Below are positions 10,911 to 21,028 of a DNA stretch of 64,000 nucleotides, one piece after another. Below the pieces are notes generated by a model. The model did not search any database, was not told the DNA's origin, and worked only from the letters and a program-made list of their open reading frames with translations. The stretch lies in contig CAWFSF010000001.1 of assembly GCA_963818475.1 (NCBI GenBank), forward strand, positions 192,001 through 256,000, read 5' to 3'. Position numbers and translations under genes: made by a program. Origin of the DNA: Nitrospirota bacterium (lineage in GTDB: Bacteria > Nitrospirota > UBA9217). How positions within the stretch are numbered: position 1 is the stretch's first letter; each line of letters opens with the position of its first letter.

Positions 10911-12119
10911 ATGAAAAAGCTCTTGACCTTTCTTGTGTTCATTGCATCGCTCACCGTGTTCACGACACACGCACCGGCAGCTCAGTTCAGCGTTGTCGGA
11001 CCACGGGCCCTCGGCATGGGGGGCGCTTCCGTCGCATCGGTGAACGACTCAACAGCCGTGTACTGGAATCCCGCGGCACTGGCCGACTTCAGGCGCGTCG
11101 ATATCCGCATCCCTGCAAGCGTGGGCACCCGGGACCATGTGGGCCTCGAGGATAAATGGGACAGGATCAACAACATCGACGCGCTCGTCCAAAGCGGCGA
11201 TCCTGCGGCGATCAATGAGACGATCAGCCTCCTGAATGATCTGAACAAGCCGAAATCCGGCGCGGACCTCGACGGATCAGCCGGCCTCCTGGTATCGGTC
11301 CCGATCGGCAATTCAGCCATCGCCCTGAGCGGAATGAGCCGGCTAAACGCAGGGATCTATCCTACCATTGACACCCTGCATACGAGCGCAACCTATACAC
11401 CGCCACAACCGGACTTCGTGGGGAACAACAACAGTGCAGTCTCCGGCATCGGCATGACCGCTGTTGAACCGGCAATCTCATTCGCCACGTCCTTTGGCGA
11501 CAAGCTCTTTGTCGGCGCGAACGCCAAAATGATCTACGCGGATACCTACGTCCACTCCGACGTTCTCACCTCGGACGACTTTGATACGTTTTCCGACAAC
11601 CTGGACAAGAGCAAGACCAGCTCCAGCAAGGCATCGGCCGATATCGGCATCCTGTTCAAGGCCTTTGACAGCCTCAGCATCGGCCTGGTCGGCCGGGACT
11701 TGACCTCGCCGTCCTTCCCGGTCGAAGGGCTGTTTGCACAAAAGCAGGCGGGCGGAGATGTGACACTGGCATCAGACACGCGTGAGATCAAGCTCGACCC
11801 CCAGTACCGGGCCGGCATTGCCTGGAAACCTCTCGAGACATTTACGGTCGCCATGGATTATGACCTGACGAAGAACAAGACGTTCACGCCAGGCTTCGAG
11901 GACCAGACCCTTGCCGTGGGATTGGAAAAGACCCTGTTCTCCGAGTATCTCAACCTCCGCCTCGGCGCATACAAGAACCTGGCAGAGAGCGGGACCAAAG
12001 CAGTATACACGGCAGGCATCGGGTTCAGGCTCTTCGCGCTTCGTCTTGATGTGGCCGGCGCCTATAACTCGGACAAGGATGAGGCCCAGGCTTCCGTGGA
12101 CCTTGCGCTCAGATTCTAA
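10911..12119 (+). CDS. Outer-membrane beta-barrel protein, TraF_2/FadL-like family
   Basis: Signal peptide, GPRALGMGGA...AVYWNPAAL motif, C-terminal Phe; AGGAGG RBS. Confidence 0.75.
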   Translation: MKKLLTFLVFIASLTVFTTHAPAAQFSVVGPRALGMGGASVASVNDSTAVYWNPAALADFRRVDIRIPASVGTRDHVGLEDKWDRINNIDALVQSGDPAAINETISLLNDLNKPKSGADLDGSAGLLVSVPIGNSAIALSGMSRLNAGIYPTIDTLHTSATYTPPQPDFVGNNNSAVSGIGMTAVEPAISFATSFGDKLFVGANAKMIYADTYVHSDVLTSDDFDTFSDNLDKSKTSSSKASADIGILFKAFDSLSIGLVGRDLTSPSFPVEGLFAQKQAGGDVTLASDTREIKLDPQYRAGIAWKPLETFTVAMDYDLTKNKTFTPGFEDQTLAVGLEKTLFSEYLNLRLGAYKNLAESGTKAVYTAGIGFRLFALRLDVAGAYNSDKDEAQASVDLALRF

Positions 12120-12170
12120 CGCAGAGGTGATCAGTGCTTTCCTCTGACCAGAATGATCTTATAACAATAG

Positions 12171-12207
12171 AAAAAGGCAGCTGGTCGTCATCGCCAGCTG
12201 CCTTTTT
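12171..12207. terminator. Bidirectional rho-independent terminator
   Basis: aaaaaggcagctgg-loop-ccagctgccttttt between convergent genes. Confidence 0.85.
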
Positions 12208-12232
12208 CTATCGCCCGGAATGACCCTGGTGC

Positions 12233-13064
12233 TCAGAAACGCGGCATCGGTTCTGTCAGTGTGCCGCCGAGCGTGAACAGATAGTACCCTTCAGCGTCCT
12301 TGTTCTTGATCAAGGAGGTGATCCAGGACTGTTCCTGCGCCATCCGCTCGGACGGCTTCAGTTTAACGGCCAGGTTCATCATGCCCCGTTCGCGCAGCAC
12401 CAGGTCACCCGTGGCCGTGATCTTGAGCTCCTTGCCGTCCATCTCCAGCTTCTTCACCATCAGCCGGTCGCCCTTCACTTCGGCTTCGAGCCAGCATTGA
12501 TCAAAATCGAGGTCCGGTATTTTGAACCCTTTGACCGTGAGGTCCCGCGACGTTACGCCTTTGATCCAGAGCCGGCCCTTGCCGGAATCGCCGGTCATCT
12601 CGAAGTTCCCGCCGAGTTTGCCGGTAAGGTGGAACCCTGCGTCCCTGAGCAGCGGATAAGCGCCCATATCGAGCCCACTGGCGTCAATGAAAAGATACTG
12701 ACTGCCGGCCCCCTGCCGCGACTTGACCAGGAGCTCCCCGCTGTACGCCGACGATTTCATGGTGAGGGCGGTCAGGCCGCGGATCAGGCCGAAAAGCGAC
12801 ACCGTGGTCCTGACCGAGGGGCTTTCGAACAGGACCTTGCCGCTTTTGTCCGGAGACCACGACATCGGAAAGCACGACCGTGTTGAAGAACCGCGGCGAG
12901 ATCCGTGTGATGGCAAGCTCGAAGGGAGTGCGCAGCCTGACCTCCGATTCGATCCGGGTCTTGATCCGGTCGAAGGGGAACTGCAGGAGGAGAAAGATGA
13001 GGAACGCTGCAACAAAATAGCCAGCGAACAGTAGTCTTCGGATGATCGTTCTTTTATCAGGCAT
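12233..13064 (-). CDS. gspN: Type II secretion protein GspN (apparent frameshift)
   Basis: The N-terminal TM/FPFDRI fragment (12684-13064) joins the C-terminal GTLTEPMPRF fragment; last gene of the gsp cluster. Confidence 0.75.
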
Positions 13065-13133
13065 GGTCGTCGGGAGTGTTGATGAGCATTTCTCCGGTTA
13101 GAGGGCCGGGCCGACGCAGGGGTAATGGATCGG

Positions 13134-13634
13134 CTATCCTGCGCTGGAAACGAGTATGGTCGCGTTCAGAAGCTTCGCGTTATCGAATCTGGGTTTAAAG
13201 TACAGCTTTTTAATGCGAAGCGTGTCCTTCTCGATCAGATACACATAGTTTACGACATCATAGAGCGTTATGTTGTCGAGCTTGATCTCGACGATGCTTT
13301 CCGTGACCCCGCCGGCCTGCACGCCCGCCTGCGGCTTGAGCGACACGATCTTGCTTGTGAGATTGGCCCGCTTCGTAAGGTTCTCGATCTCCGTGAGCAG
13401 GGGCCCGCGCTTTGACGCCGCCTCCTGGGCCTGCTGCAGCCGCAGCTGCATCTCCCGATACTGGTCGCGCAACTGTTTCATCTCGGCAAGGTCCTGCTCT
13501 TTTTTGGGAATAAGGTCACGTTTGCGCGCCAGATCGCTGGTCAATGGCGACAGGACGTAGGCATAGAGCACGATGACCAAAGCTGCGACACCGCCGATGA
13601 TGAGCGTTCTCTTGTCTTTAGGTTCAAGGCTCAT
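13134..13634 (-). CDS. gspM: Type II secretion protein GspM
   Basis: LEPKDKRTLIIGG, TM helix, coiled coil; position after gspL. Confidence 0.8.
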   Translation of the reverse strand: MSLEPKDKRTLIIGGVAALVIVLYAYVLSPLTSDLARKRDLIPKKEQDLAEMKQLRDQYREMQLRLQQAQEAASKRGPLLTEIENLTKRANLTSKIVSLKPQAGVQAGGVTESIVEIKLDNITLYDVVNYVYLIEKDTLRIKKLYFKPRFDNAKLLNATILVSSAG

Positions 13635-13692
13635 AGAAGTCCTTCAGCCGCTAAGGGTTGTATGCAATTCATGGCAATCCTGTTTTCGCAAT

Positions 13693-15020
13693 TCATGTCG
13701 TCTCTTTGATCTTGATGTCGAGCCGGAACTTGACCTTGTTGTCCACGCCCATGCGCGTGTCCAGGACCGTCACCTCTCCGAACTGTGGAACTTTCAACAA
13801 TTCGGCCTTGATCTTGTCCACGGACTCGAACGAAGGCGCATCGCCCTGGAGCTTCAGCCGGTCGCCTTCCAGATTGAACTCGCTGAAGCTCACGCGCACT
13901 TCTTTCGGGATCCCTTCCGTGACCGCCCGCATCGCATCGAGCGCCGAGTTCCCCGAACCGAGCACGCCGAATTGTTTTCTCGCATTCGCAAGCTTGTCGC
14001 GCAGATATCGCAGCGGATCACCCGGCATTGCTTCCTGGGGAAAGAGCTGTTGATAGATAGCCCTTGATCTCGCGGTCCAGTTTGCCGTAGCTCGACTGCA
14101 CCATGGTGATCTTGACCCCGATATTGGTAGCAGCAAGCATCGCAGCAAGGGCACCGGCAATGATGAGCGATGCGTTTTCTCTTGCGGGTTCCTTCATCGG
14201 CAAGCCGGAAGGCATACTCGCCTTTCCGGAAGTTGATCTCTCCGGACAGGGCAAGGCCGAGGCTCACCGGCTCTTCGACCTTCTTGCCGTTATATTCCGG
14301 AACCACATGCTCCAGGACAATGCCGAGGTTTTCCCAGCCAACCGGATGCTCCCTGCCCAGCACAAGCACTTTCTCCACCTGTACGCCATGGACGGTTTCA
14401 AGTGCCTTCAGCGTATGGGCAGCGCCACCCGTTGCCGGTGATGCGGAAAAGCTCCGAAAAGCGATCACCATCTCACCGTTCTTCAGGCAGAGATCGTTGC
14501 CGGCAACGAAGAGGACCACTCCCTCCGTAGGAACCATGCGCGACACGGCAGCTAGACCGATCGGGGAAGGCACGAGCGCCTGCGGATCCAACCCGCCGGC
14601 AGCGAGCAGATCGAGCTGCTGACGCAGCTCTTTCTTCGGAAGCATGATGCTGAGCACCGGCGTCTCGCCTTTTCCCTTGCCGTCCTGGGCTGTCTCGCCC
14701 ACGACCATGTGGTCGATCACGACGTCATCGAGAGCATAGGGCACGCTGTCCTCAAGCTCGAAGGGCAGCGCCTTTTCCAGCCTTTTCCGGTCGCTGAAGG
14801 GAAAATGCAGCAAACGCTGGCTGAACCGCTCTCCCGGGATGGACGCAATGATCTTTGCGCCTGCCCAGTCGCGGGACCGCTCCGTAAGGACCGCGATGAG
14901 CTCCGCCTCGGTGCTAAAGGACGCGCTGAACGAGTCCTTCAGCTCCGTGCTGCGAAAGCCCTTCTCGACGACCGTCGCCGAGACCCGGGCCTGCTCTATG
15001 TGCAGTCCTACGATCTTCAC
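13693..15020 (-). CDS. gspL: Type II secretion protein GspL (PilM/PilN-like; apparent frameshifts)
   Basis: Actin-like N-domain (ALPFELED), EINFRKGEYAF, TM helix, PilN-like C-terminus in another frame. Confidence 0.75.
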
Positions 15021-15787
15021 TTAACGCTCCAATAAGAACCACCGGTCGATTCGATCTGCTTGGTATAGCCGCCCACGGTTGCATGGGAATAGATCGTGAG
15101 GGTCCCGTTCGCCATAACAAGATTTGGGTTAGTCGACGGATTCAATCCAACATCCGACAGTTTTTCGATCGGTTTGTCTTTTCTGTTGTTCAAGATCATA
15201 CCCACTGCAACCTTATTATCAAGAAGAACACTGTTCAGCACCACCTCAGAGGCGGTATTAATGTTTACTACATTATCCGAGCTCACGGTTAAATAATTTA
15301 CCACTTTGCTGTAATCTTCATCGGACATGCCCTTGTGCAGCTCGGACAGCAATTTGAATGGCTGCCCATTGCTGTTTCTCAGTTCCTGCACCTGGCGGAA
15401 CACATCGGTGCTGACCCCCCGCTGAGAGAACAGCTCTGCTATCCAGTTAGCTGTTGAAGCCAAATTCACAACATTGATGTTCAACTTGCCCCGCTCGTCT
15501 TCCCATTTGATCCTGACCTCGGTGTCGCCTGCGCTTATGACCGGAACTACACCCCATTCACCCTGAGGCACCAGCTCCTTTAATTCAGGAAATTTCATAG
15601 CGATGGCAACACCCGAACGTGCAAGAAAATAGGCCCGCTGGCTGTCGCGGAAATTCACCGCCCCCCGCAGACTGACCCGCGTGCCGTAGGCGAACTCGAA
15701 GATGAGCGCGATCAGGAGCGCGGTGACAAGAAGTACGATCAGGAGGGCCACTCCCCGGTCCCTATGCACGATCCCCTGTTTTCCCAT
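15017..15787 (-). CDS. gspK: Minor pseudopilin GspK
   Basis: RGVALLIVLL, DERGKLNIN, VNINTAS. Confidence 0.9.
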   Translation of the reverse strand: MGKQGIVHRDRGVALLIVLLVTALLIALIFEFAYGTRVSLRGAVNFRDSQRAYFLARSGVAIAMKFPELKELVPQGEWGVVPVISAGDTEVRIKWEDERGKLNINVVNLASTANWIAELFSQRGVSTDVFRQVQELRNSNGQPFKLLSELHKGMSDEDYSKVVNYLTVSSDNVVNINTASEVVLNSVLLDNKVAVGMILNNRKDKPIEKLSDVGLNPSTNPNLVMANGTLTIYSHATVGGYTKQIESTGGSYWSVK

Positions 15788-15792
15788 GGCAG

Positions 15793-16525
15793 CTAAAGGG
15801 CGTCCTTCGCCCGCACCTCGGTACTATACTGTTTGCCGCTCGATAAGATCAGCGTCATCTCGACGATTGGCGGTTTCCCTTTCGTTAGACAACTGTTCTT
15901 GTCGCCCCACTCATCGACCCATGTCAACCCGTCGTAGGAATATCGGAACCGCAGTTCGTCCACCTGGTCCGTGATCTCGTATTCAACTCCGCCTTCAAGC
16001 GGCGGGAGCATCCTTGCTCAGTTCCCGCTTTTCGCGCCGCATCAGGGAATAGCCTTTGCCGCCCGCTTTTTCCGTGAAGTAGTAGTCTGCTTCGAGGAGT
16101 TCCGTTTCTTTCGAATCCGGCCTCGGAAAATTCGTGAGCGTGGTCATGGCAAGGCTGTCATGCCGGCGCTTGACCCCTTCCGTTTCGACCTCTTCCTTCT
16201 TGCCGTAGAACACGGCGCTGGGCTTGTACGAGACATGGTCGCAGTCTGCGTTCTCAATGTCATGCGACAAACGCGCGATCAGTGTCCGTGCCAGGTCGGT
16301 CTCGTCGCGAAGGGCCTCGGCGCGCTCTACGCTCTGGCCTGCGGTAGAAAAGGTTGCATAGATCACCGTCATGACCACAGCAAGGATCGACATGGCCAGG
16401 AGCACTTCGAGCAGGGTAAAACCCTTCGCATTTCGGATTGCGGATTGCGGATTGCAGATCTTATCCCTTTTCACCTGCATTCCGCAATCCGAAATCCGAA
16501 ATCCGAAATTCAGAACCTTATTCAT
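15793..16525 (-). CDS. gspJ: Minor pseudopilin GspJ (apparent frameshift near 16000)
   Basis: KGFTLLEVLLAMSIL prepilin motif; C-terminal fragment LRFRYSYDGLTWVDEW. Confidence 0.85.
16430..16510. repeat. Heptamer palindrome within the gspJ leader
   Basis: (ATTKCGG)x4 ... (TCCGMAA)x4, translated as FGFRISDCG...NPQSAIRN. Confidence 0.85.
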
Positions 16526-16911
16526 AGCTCACCAGTTCCACCATGTCAAAGCGTTCGCCTTCTTTCCAAAGCACGGCAATACGCACTTCCATGACCTGCG
16601 GGATCGGTGTGGGAGCGATCGTCTTCTTCCAGCTATAATCCTTGTACACATCCCCATACACGTCCTCGGGGAACTCGCCTTCGTCCTCGGCAGGAAGCTG
16701 CGGTTTTTTTATGAGCGTCTCGGTCATCAAGCGCTTGGCAAGGAGCGTCGCCGTGGTGATCCGCTCGGCCTTCATGACGTCTTCCATGCTCCTGTTCTTG
16801 AGCCCCAGGAGCGACACGATGACCAGTGCCAGGATGGCCACCGCGATCATGACCTCAAGGAGGGTGAACCCGCTCTGGACCCCGGACCCTCGAACTCTGG
16901 ACCCTGCTCAT
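16518..16911 (-). CDS. gspI: Minor pseudopilin GspI (apparent 1-nt frameshift in the leader)
   Basis: SGFTLLEVMIAVAIL. The ATG at 16911 overlaps the gspH stop and is one base out of frame across a GGGTCC heptamer tract. Confidence 0.8.
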
Positions 16912-17501
16912 CGTTCCTCCACTTCGCCTTCACGCAGTTCCGTGTTTCCGGTGAGCGGCTTCACGATGAGCGTGAACGGTTTGTCATCGCCGTTGCGCAA
17001 ATGGATGAGCGCGGGCTCGACCCAGCCGTCCGGCGTAAAGAGGATATAGGGATCGTCGGGGTGGCTGCCGACCTGCACATCCCGGAACGATATTTGTCCT
17101 GCCAGGCTGCCTTCGCTCGCCAGGGCGGACTTGCAGCCGCTTGAATTCCGCAGTACCTTCCGATGCTCCTTCTGAAAGGACCGTAAACTCCTCGGCCCAG
17201 TACTTGCCGCCCTGGATATCGAACTTGAGCCGGTAGACCGTTTTTTTTGCCTGCGCCTCGTCCCGAAGGAACTTGATCATCCCGGTCAGATGGCGCGAGC
17301 TCCGTTTCAGGTTCGCCTCGCCGATATCGCCGAGCTTCGGGATGACCAGCCCCATCATCACGCCGAGAACAACGATCACGACCATGAGCTCGATGAGGGT
17401 AAAGCCTTTTGATTGCGGATTGCGGATTGCGGATTGCGGATTTCGATTCTTCTAATTTAATCCGACAATCCGAAATCCGAAATCCGAAATTGTTTCAGCA
17501 T
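16908..17501 (-). CDS. gspH: Minor pseudopilin GspH (apparent frameshifts)
   Basis: KGFTLIELMVVIVVLG; C-terminal FTPDGWVE...PLTGNT in a second frame. Confidence 0.75.
17411..17491. repeat. Heptamer palindrome within the gspH leader
   Basis: (GATTGCG)x4 ... (AATCCGA)x4. Confidence 0.85.
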
Positions 17502-17504
17502 TTT

Positions 17505-17939
17505 TTACTCTATCTTCCAGCTCTCGATATCGGCGTTCTTGCCTTCGCCGCCCTGCTCGCCGTCCGGCCCGTAGGAAACGATCTCGTACTCACGGCCTTC
17601 ATTGCCCGGCGAGAAGTACAGGAAGTCCTTGCCCCAGGGGTCCTTCGGGATGCGCGCCGGTTTGAGGTATCCGCCTTCGTTCCACTTGTCCGGAATACGG
17701 CCGACCTCCGGCTTCTTGATCAGCGCGCTTAAGCCCTGGTCCGTTGTGGGATAGAAACCGTTGTCCAGCTTGAACCCGTCAAGGGCGCTTTCAATGGACT
17801 TGATCTGCACCTTGGCCGCGCTGACCTTGGCCTCTTCCTCCCGTCCCAGGATCTTGGGCAGCACTATGCCCGCAAGCAGGCCCAGAATGATCACCACGAC
17901 CATGATCTCGATAAGAGTAAATCCTCTTTTATTTTTCAT
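17505..17939 (-). CDS. gspG: Major pseudopilin GspG
   Basis: MKNKRGFTLIEIMVV, YPTTDQGLSAL, PKDPWG, SYGPDG; AAGGAG RBS. Confidence 0.95.
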   Translation of the reverse strand: MKNKRGFTLIEIMVVVIILGLLAGIVLPKILGREEEAKVSAAKVQIKSIESALDGFKLDNGFYPTTDQGLSALIKKPEVGRIPDKWNEGGYLKPARIPKDPWGKDFLYFSPGNEGREYEIVSYGPDGEQGGEGKNADIESWKIE

Positions 17940-17955
17940 TTTTGATCTCCTTTTT

Positions 17956-17980
17956 AATCCGCAATCCGAAATCCGAAATT
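17956..17980. repeat. Heptamer half-site between gspF and gspG
   Basis: aatccgcaatccgaaatccgaaatt. Confidence 0.7.
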
Positions 17981-17983
17981 TAT

Positions 17984-19205
17984 TTACCTCACCCCTGAGC
18001 TCATCTCCAGGATCGGCAGCATGATGGCGATCACGATGAATCCGACGATCAGCCCCATCAACAGGATGATGACCGGCTCCAGCAGCGACATGAGCGCGGT
18101 TATGCGCGTCTCGACGGTGCGGTCGAAGGAGTCGGAGATCTTGAGCAGCATCTTCTCGAGCTCGCCGCTCTTTTCTCCCACCGCCACCATCTGGATCACC
18201 ACCGGCGGGAAAAGGCCGCTCCGCCGGAGCGGGTCCGCGATGGGTTCGCCTTCGCGCACATTCTCGCGCGCCCGGTGCACGGCGTTGGCCAGCACCGTGT
18301 TCCCGACCACGCTCTTCACGATATCGAGCGCTGCCAGCGCCGGGACCCCGCTCTCCAGCAGCGTCCCCAGGGTGCGCGTAAAACGCGATACCGCGATCAT
18401 CCTGATGAGCCCGCCGAAGACCGGCATGTGCAGCAGCCAGCCGTCGAGCGCCTCCCTGCCTGCGGGCGTTTTGAAATGGCGCCTGAGATAGTAGACCGCT
18501 CCGGCCAGAGCGAGCACCAGTGGCCCACCAGTAGGACGACAGGAAGTTCACGATCCAGAGCAGCATGAGGGTGATGAACGGCAGCTGCTGGTTCATGTCC
18601 TGGAACATGCCGGTCACCCGCGGCATCACGAAGGCGAACAGGAAGAACAGCACACCGATGCCGATGAGCGACATGAGCGCGGGATAGGCCAGGGCTGCGG
18701 CGAGCTTGCCGCGGAACCGCACCTGCTCGTCGAGGAAATCGGAAAGCCGGTCAAGCGTGATCTCCAGCGTGCCGCTCGTCTCTCCGGCGGAGACCATGTT
18801 CACGTAGAGGTCTGAAAAAGCCTTCGGGTTCGCCTTGAGCGCATCGGCAAGCGAGGACCCTTCCCGGACCGCGTCGCGCACCGAGGAGAGCGCGGACTTC
18901 AGCGCTTCGCTTTCCTCCTGCTCCACCAGCAGGCTGAGGGCGTCCATGAGCGGCAGGCCGGACGAGAGCAGCGTGGCAAGCTGGCGCGTGGCATTCGCCA
19001 CATCGCCGAGCCGCACCCGGCCGGCCGTGGTGAAATTCCAGATCCCGCTGCGGACGGCACGGGCCCTTGCGGCTTCCTGGATCTCGAGCACCACGATGCC
19101 GTCTTTTTTGAGCCTGGCCCTGACCGCCTTGAGGCTCTCGCCGTCCTGGACCCCGGAAAGCTTCTTCCCCAGGGAGGAAACACCTTTATATTCGTAGACA
19201 GGCAT
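17984..19205 (-). CDS. gspF: Inner membrane platform protein GspF (apparent frameshift near 18520)
   Basis: MPVYEYKG, TRQLATLLSSGLPL, SRFTRTLGTLLESGVP, GEKSGEL, LLEP. Confidence 0.9.
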
Positions 19206-19213
19206 AATGTACA

Positions 19214-19326
19214 GCAAATTCCAATATCGAAATCCGAAATCCCAAACAAACACCAATCCCCTATGTTCAGAACATTTTGAACCTTGGAAATTTGACATTG
19301 AACATTATTTAGGATTTCGTGCTTGC
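19214..19326. repeat. AT-rich degenerate heptamer palindrome between gspE and gspF
   Basis: caaattccaatatcgaaatccgaaatcccaaacaa ... ttggaaatttgacattgaacattatttaggatttcgtgcttg. Confidence 0.6.
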
Positions 19327-19339
19327 TCTTTGGTGCTTG

Positions 19340-21028
19340 CTACTGCGACTCCCTCTGCGTCACGCGCACGATTTCCTCGACGGACGTGATGCCTTTGAGC
19401 ACCTTGGTGGCGCCGTCCTGGCGCAAGGTCTGCATCCCCTTTTCCACGGCCAGGGCCTTGATGGTGGAGGAATCGCTGCTCGTCATGATGAGCTGCCGGA
19501 TATCGTCGTCCAGCATCAGCAGTTCGTAGATGGCGCTCCTGCCGAGGTAGCCGGTATGGAAACAGGCATCGCACCCTTTGGCGCGGTAGACCGTTGCGCC
19601 TTCGCCCCCGGTCCTGATCTCAAGCTCGGCGCGTTCGGCAGCGGTCAGTTCGTAGGGCTCGCGGCAATGGGTGCAGAGCACCCGCACCAGCCGCTGGGCA
19701 AGGACGGCCATGACCGACGAGGAGATCAGGAAGGGCTCGATCTTCATGTCGATCAATCTCGTCACCGCGCCCGCGGAATCGTTCGTATGGAGCGTGGAGA
19801 ACACCAGGTGGCCCGTGAGCGCCGCCTGGATCGCGATCTCGGCGGTCTCGGAATCGCGGATCTCACCCACCAGGATCACGTCAGGGTCCTGCCTGAGCAC
19901 GGACCGGAGCCCGGCGGCAAAGGTCAGGTGGATCTTGGGGTTCACCTGGATCTGGCCGATGCCCTTGAGCTGGTACTCGATCGGGTCCTCGATGGTAATG
20001 ATATTCTTGTCGGGCGCGTTGATCTTCGAGAGCGCGCCGTAGAGCGTCGTGGTCTTGCCGCTGCCCGTGGGGCCCGTCACCAGGACGATCCCGTGGGGGC
20101 GGGTGATCAGTTCGTTGAACCGGTCGAGGTTATCGCCGGAGAACCCGATCTGCTCGAGCGGCAGCAGCGCGCTCTCGCGGTAGAGCAGCCGGAGCACGAT
20201 GCGCTCGCCGAAAGCCGTAGGCACGATGGAAACGCGGATATCCACATCCTTGCCGCCGATCTTGATCCGCATGCCGCCGTCCTGGGGCAGCCGCTTCTCG
20301 GCGATGTTCAGGTCCGCCATGATCTTGATGCGCGACGCAATGCTGGCCTGAAAACGCTTCTGGATCGTCAGGATGTTATAGAGGATGCCGTCGATGCGGA
20401 ACCGCGCCACCACGTCCTTTTCGAAGGCTTCGATGTGGATGTCGCTGGCCCGTTCACGGATCGCCTGCGAGAGGAGCGAGTTCACCAGCCTGATGATCGG
20501 CGCGTCGTCCGTGACATCGAGCAGGTCGGCCGGCTCGTCAAGCTCGGCCGCGAGGAACGAAAGCTCGTCCTCTTCCATTTCCTGCGCCGTGTCTTCGGCC
20601 TTGTTCATGTCTTCGCTGTGCAGGCGGTTGATCGTATCGAGGATCGTTTCGGCAGGGGCGAGGCAGAGCGCAATATCGGCGCCCAGCAGCACCCGGAGAT
20701 CGTCAATGGTCGAGAGCAGGAGCGGTTCGGCAGTAACGGCGATGATCGTGCCGTTCTCCTGGCGGATCGGCAGGACCACGGCTTTCTTGGCATAGGTGAT
20801 CGGGAGCCGGAGCGCCAGTGCACGGTCGATGTCGCCGAGGTCGGCGGTGAAGGGCAGGCCCAGCTGCGTGCCGAGCGCCTTCAGGACATCGGCTTCCGGC
20901 ACGAGGTTGAGGCGGGAAAGGATCGTACCGATGCGGCCGCCGCGCTTTTTCTGGAGTTCAAGCGCCTTTTTCAGCCGGTCGGGCGACAGCCCGGACTCAA
21001 CAAGTATCTCGCCGAGCAGCCGTTTCAC
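19340..21028 (-). CDS. gspE: Type II secretion ATPase GspE with MshEN-like N-terminus
   Basis: GPTGSGKTTT, LRQDPDVILVGEIRD, CxxC...CxxC; N-terminal RLLGEILVESG / RIGTIL repeats. Confidence 0.95.
   Translation of the reverse strand: MKRLLGEILVESGLSPDRLKKALELQKKRGGRIGTILSRLNLVPEADVLKALGTQLGLPFTADLGDIDRALALRLPITYAKKAVVLPIRQENGTIIAVTAEPLLLSTIDDLRVLLGADIALCLAPAETILDTINRLHSEDMNKAEDTAQEMEEDELSFLAAELDEPADLLDVTDDAPIIRLVNSLLSQAIRERASDIHIEAFEKDVVARFRIDGILYNILTIQKRFQASIASRIKIMADLNIAEKRLPQDGGMRIKIGGKDVDIRVSIVPTAFGERIVLRLLYRESALLPLEQIGFSGDNLDRFNELITRPHGIVLVTGPTGSGKTTTLYGALSKINAPDKNIITIEDPIEYQLKGIGQIQVNPKIHLTFAAGLRSVLRQDPDVILVGEIRDSETAEIAIQAALTGHLVFSTLHTNDSAGAVTRLIDMKIEPFLISSSVMAVLAQRLVRVLCTHCREPYELTAAERAELEIRTGGEGATVYRAKGCDACFHTGYLGRSAIYELLMLDDDIRQLIMTSSDSSTIKALAVEKGMQTLRQDGATKVLKGITSVEEIVRVTQRESQ

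Noticed and set aside
10911-12119. Conjugative element suggested by the TraF-like gene
   Set aside because: No relaxase, T4SS, integrase or att sites; the gene is flanked by core genes.
16908-16910. TGA in frame upstream of gspI as a third Sec codon
   Set aside because: It is the gspH stop overlapping the gspI ATG (ATGA); there is no Cys-like context or SECIS.
17505-19298. Apparent GspF-GspG fusion ORF (597 aa)
   Set aside because: Artefact of a frameshift near 18520. The middle is out-of-frame gspF, and gspG has its own RBS and ATG at 17939.
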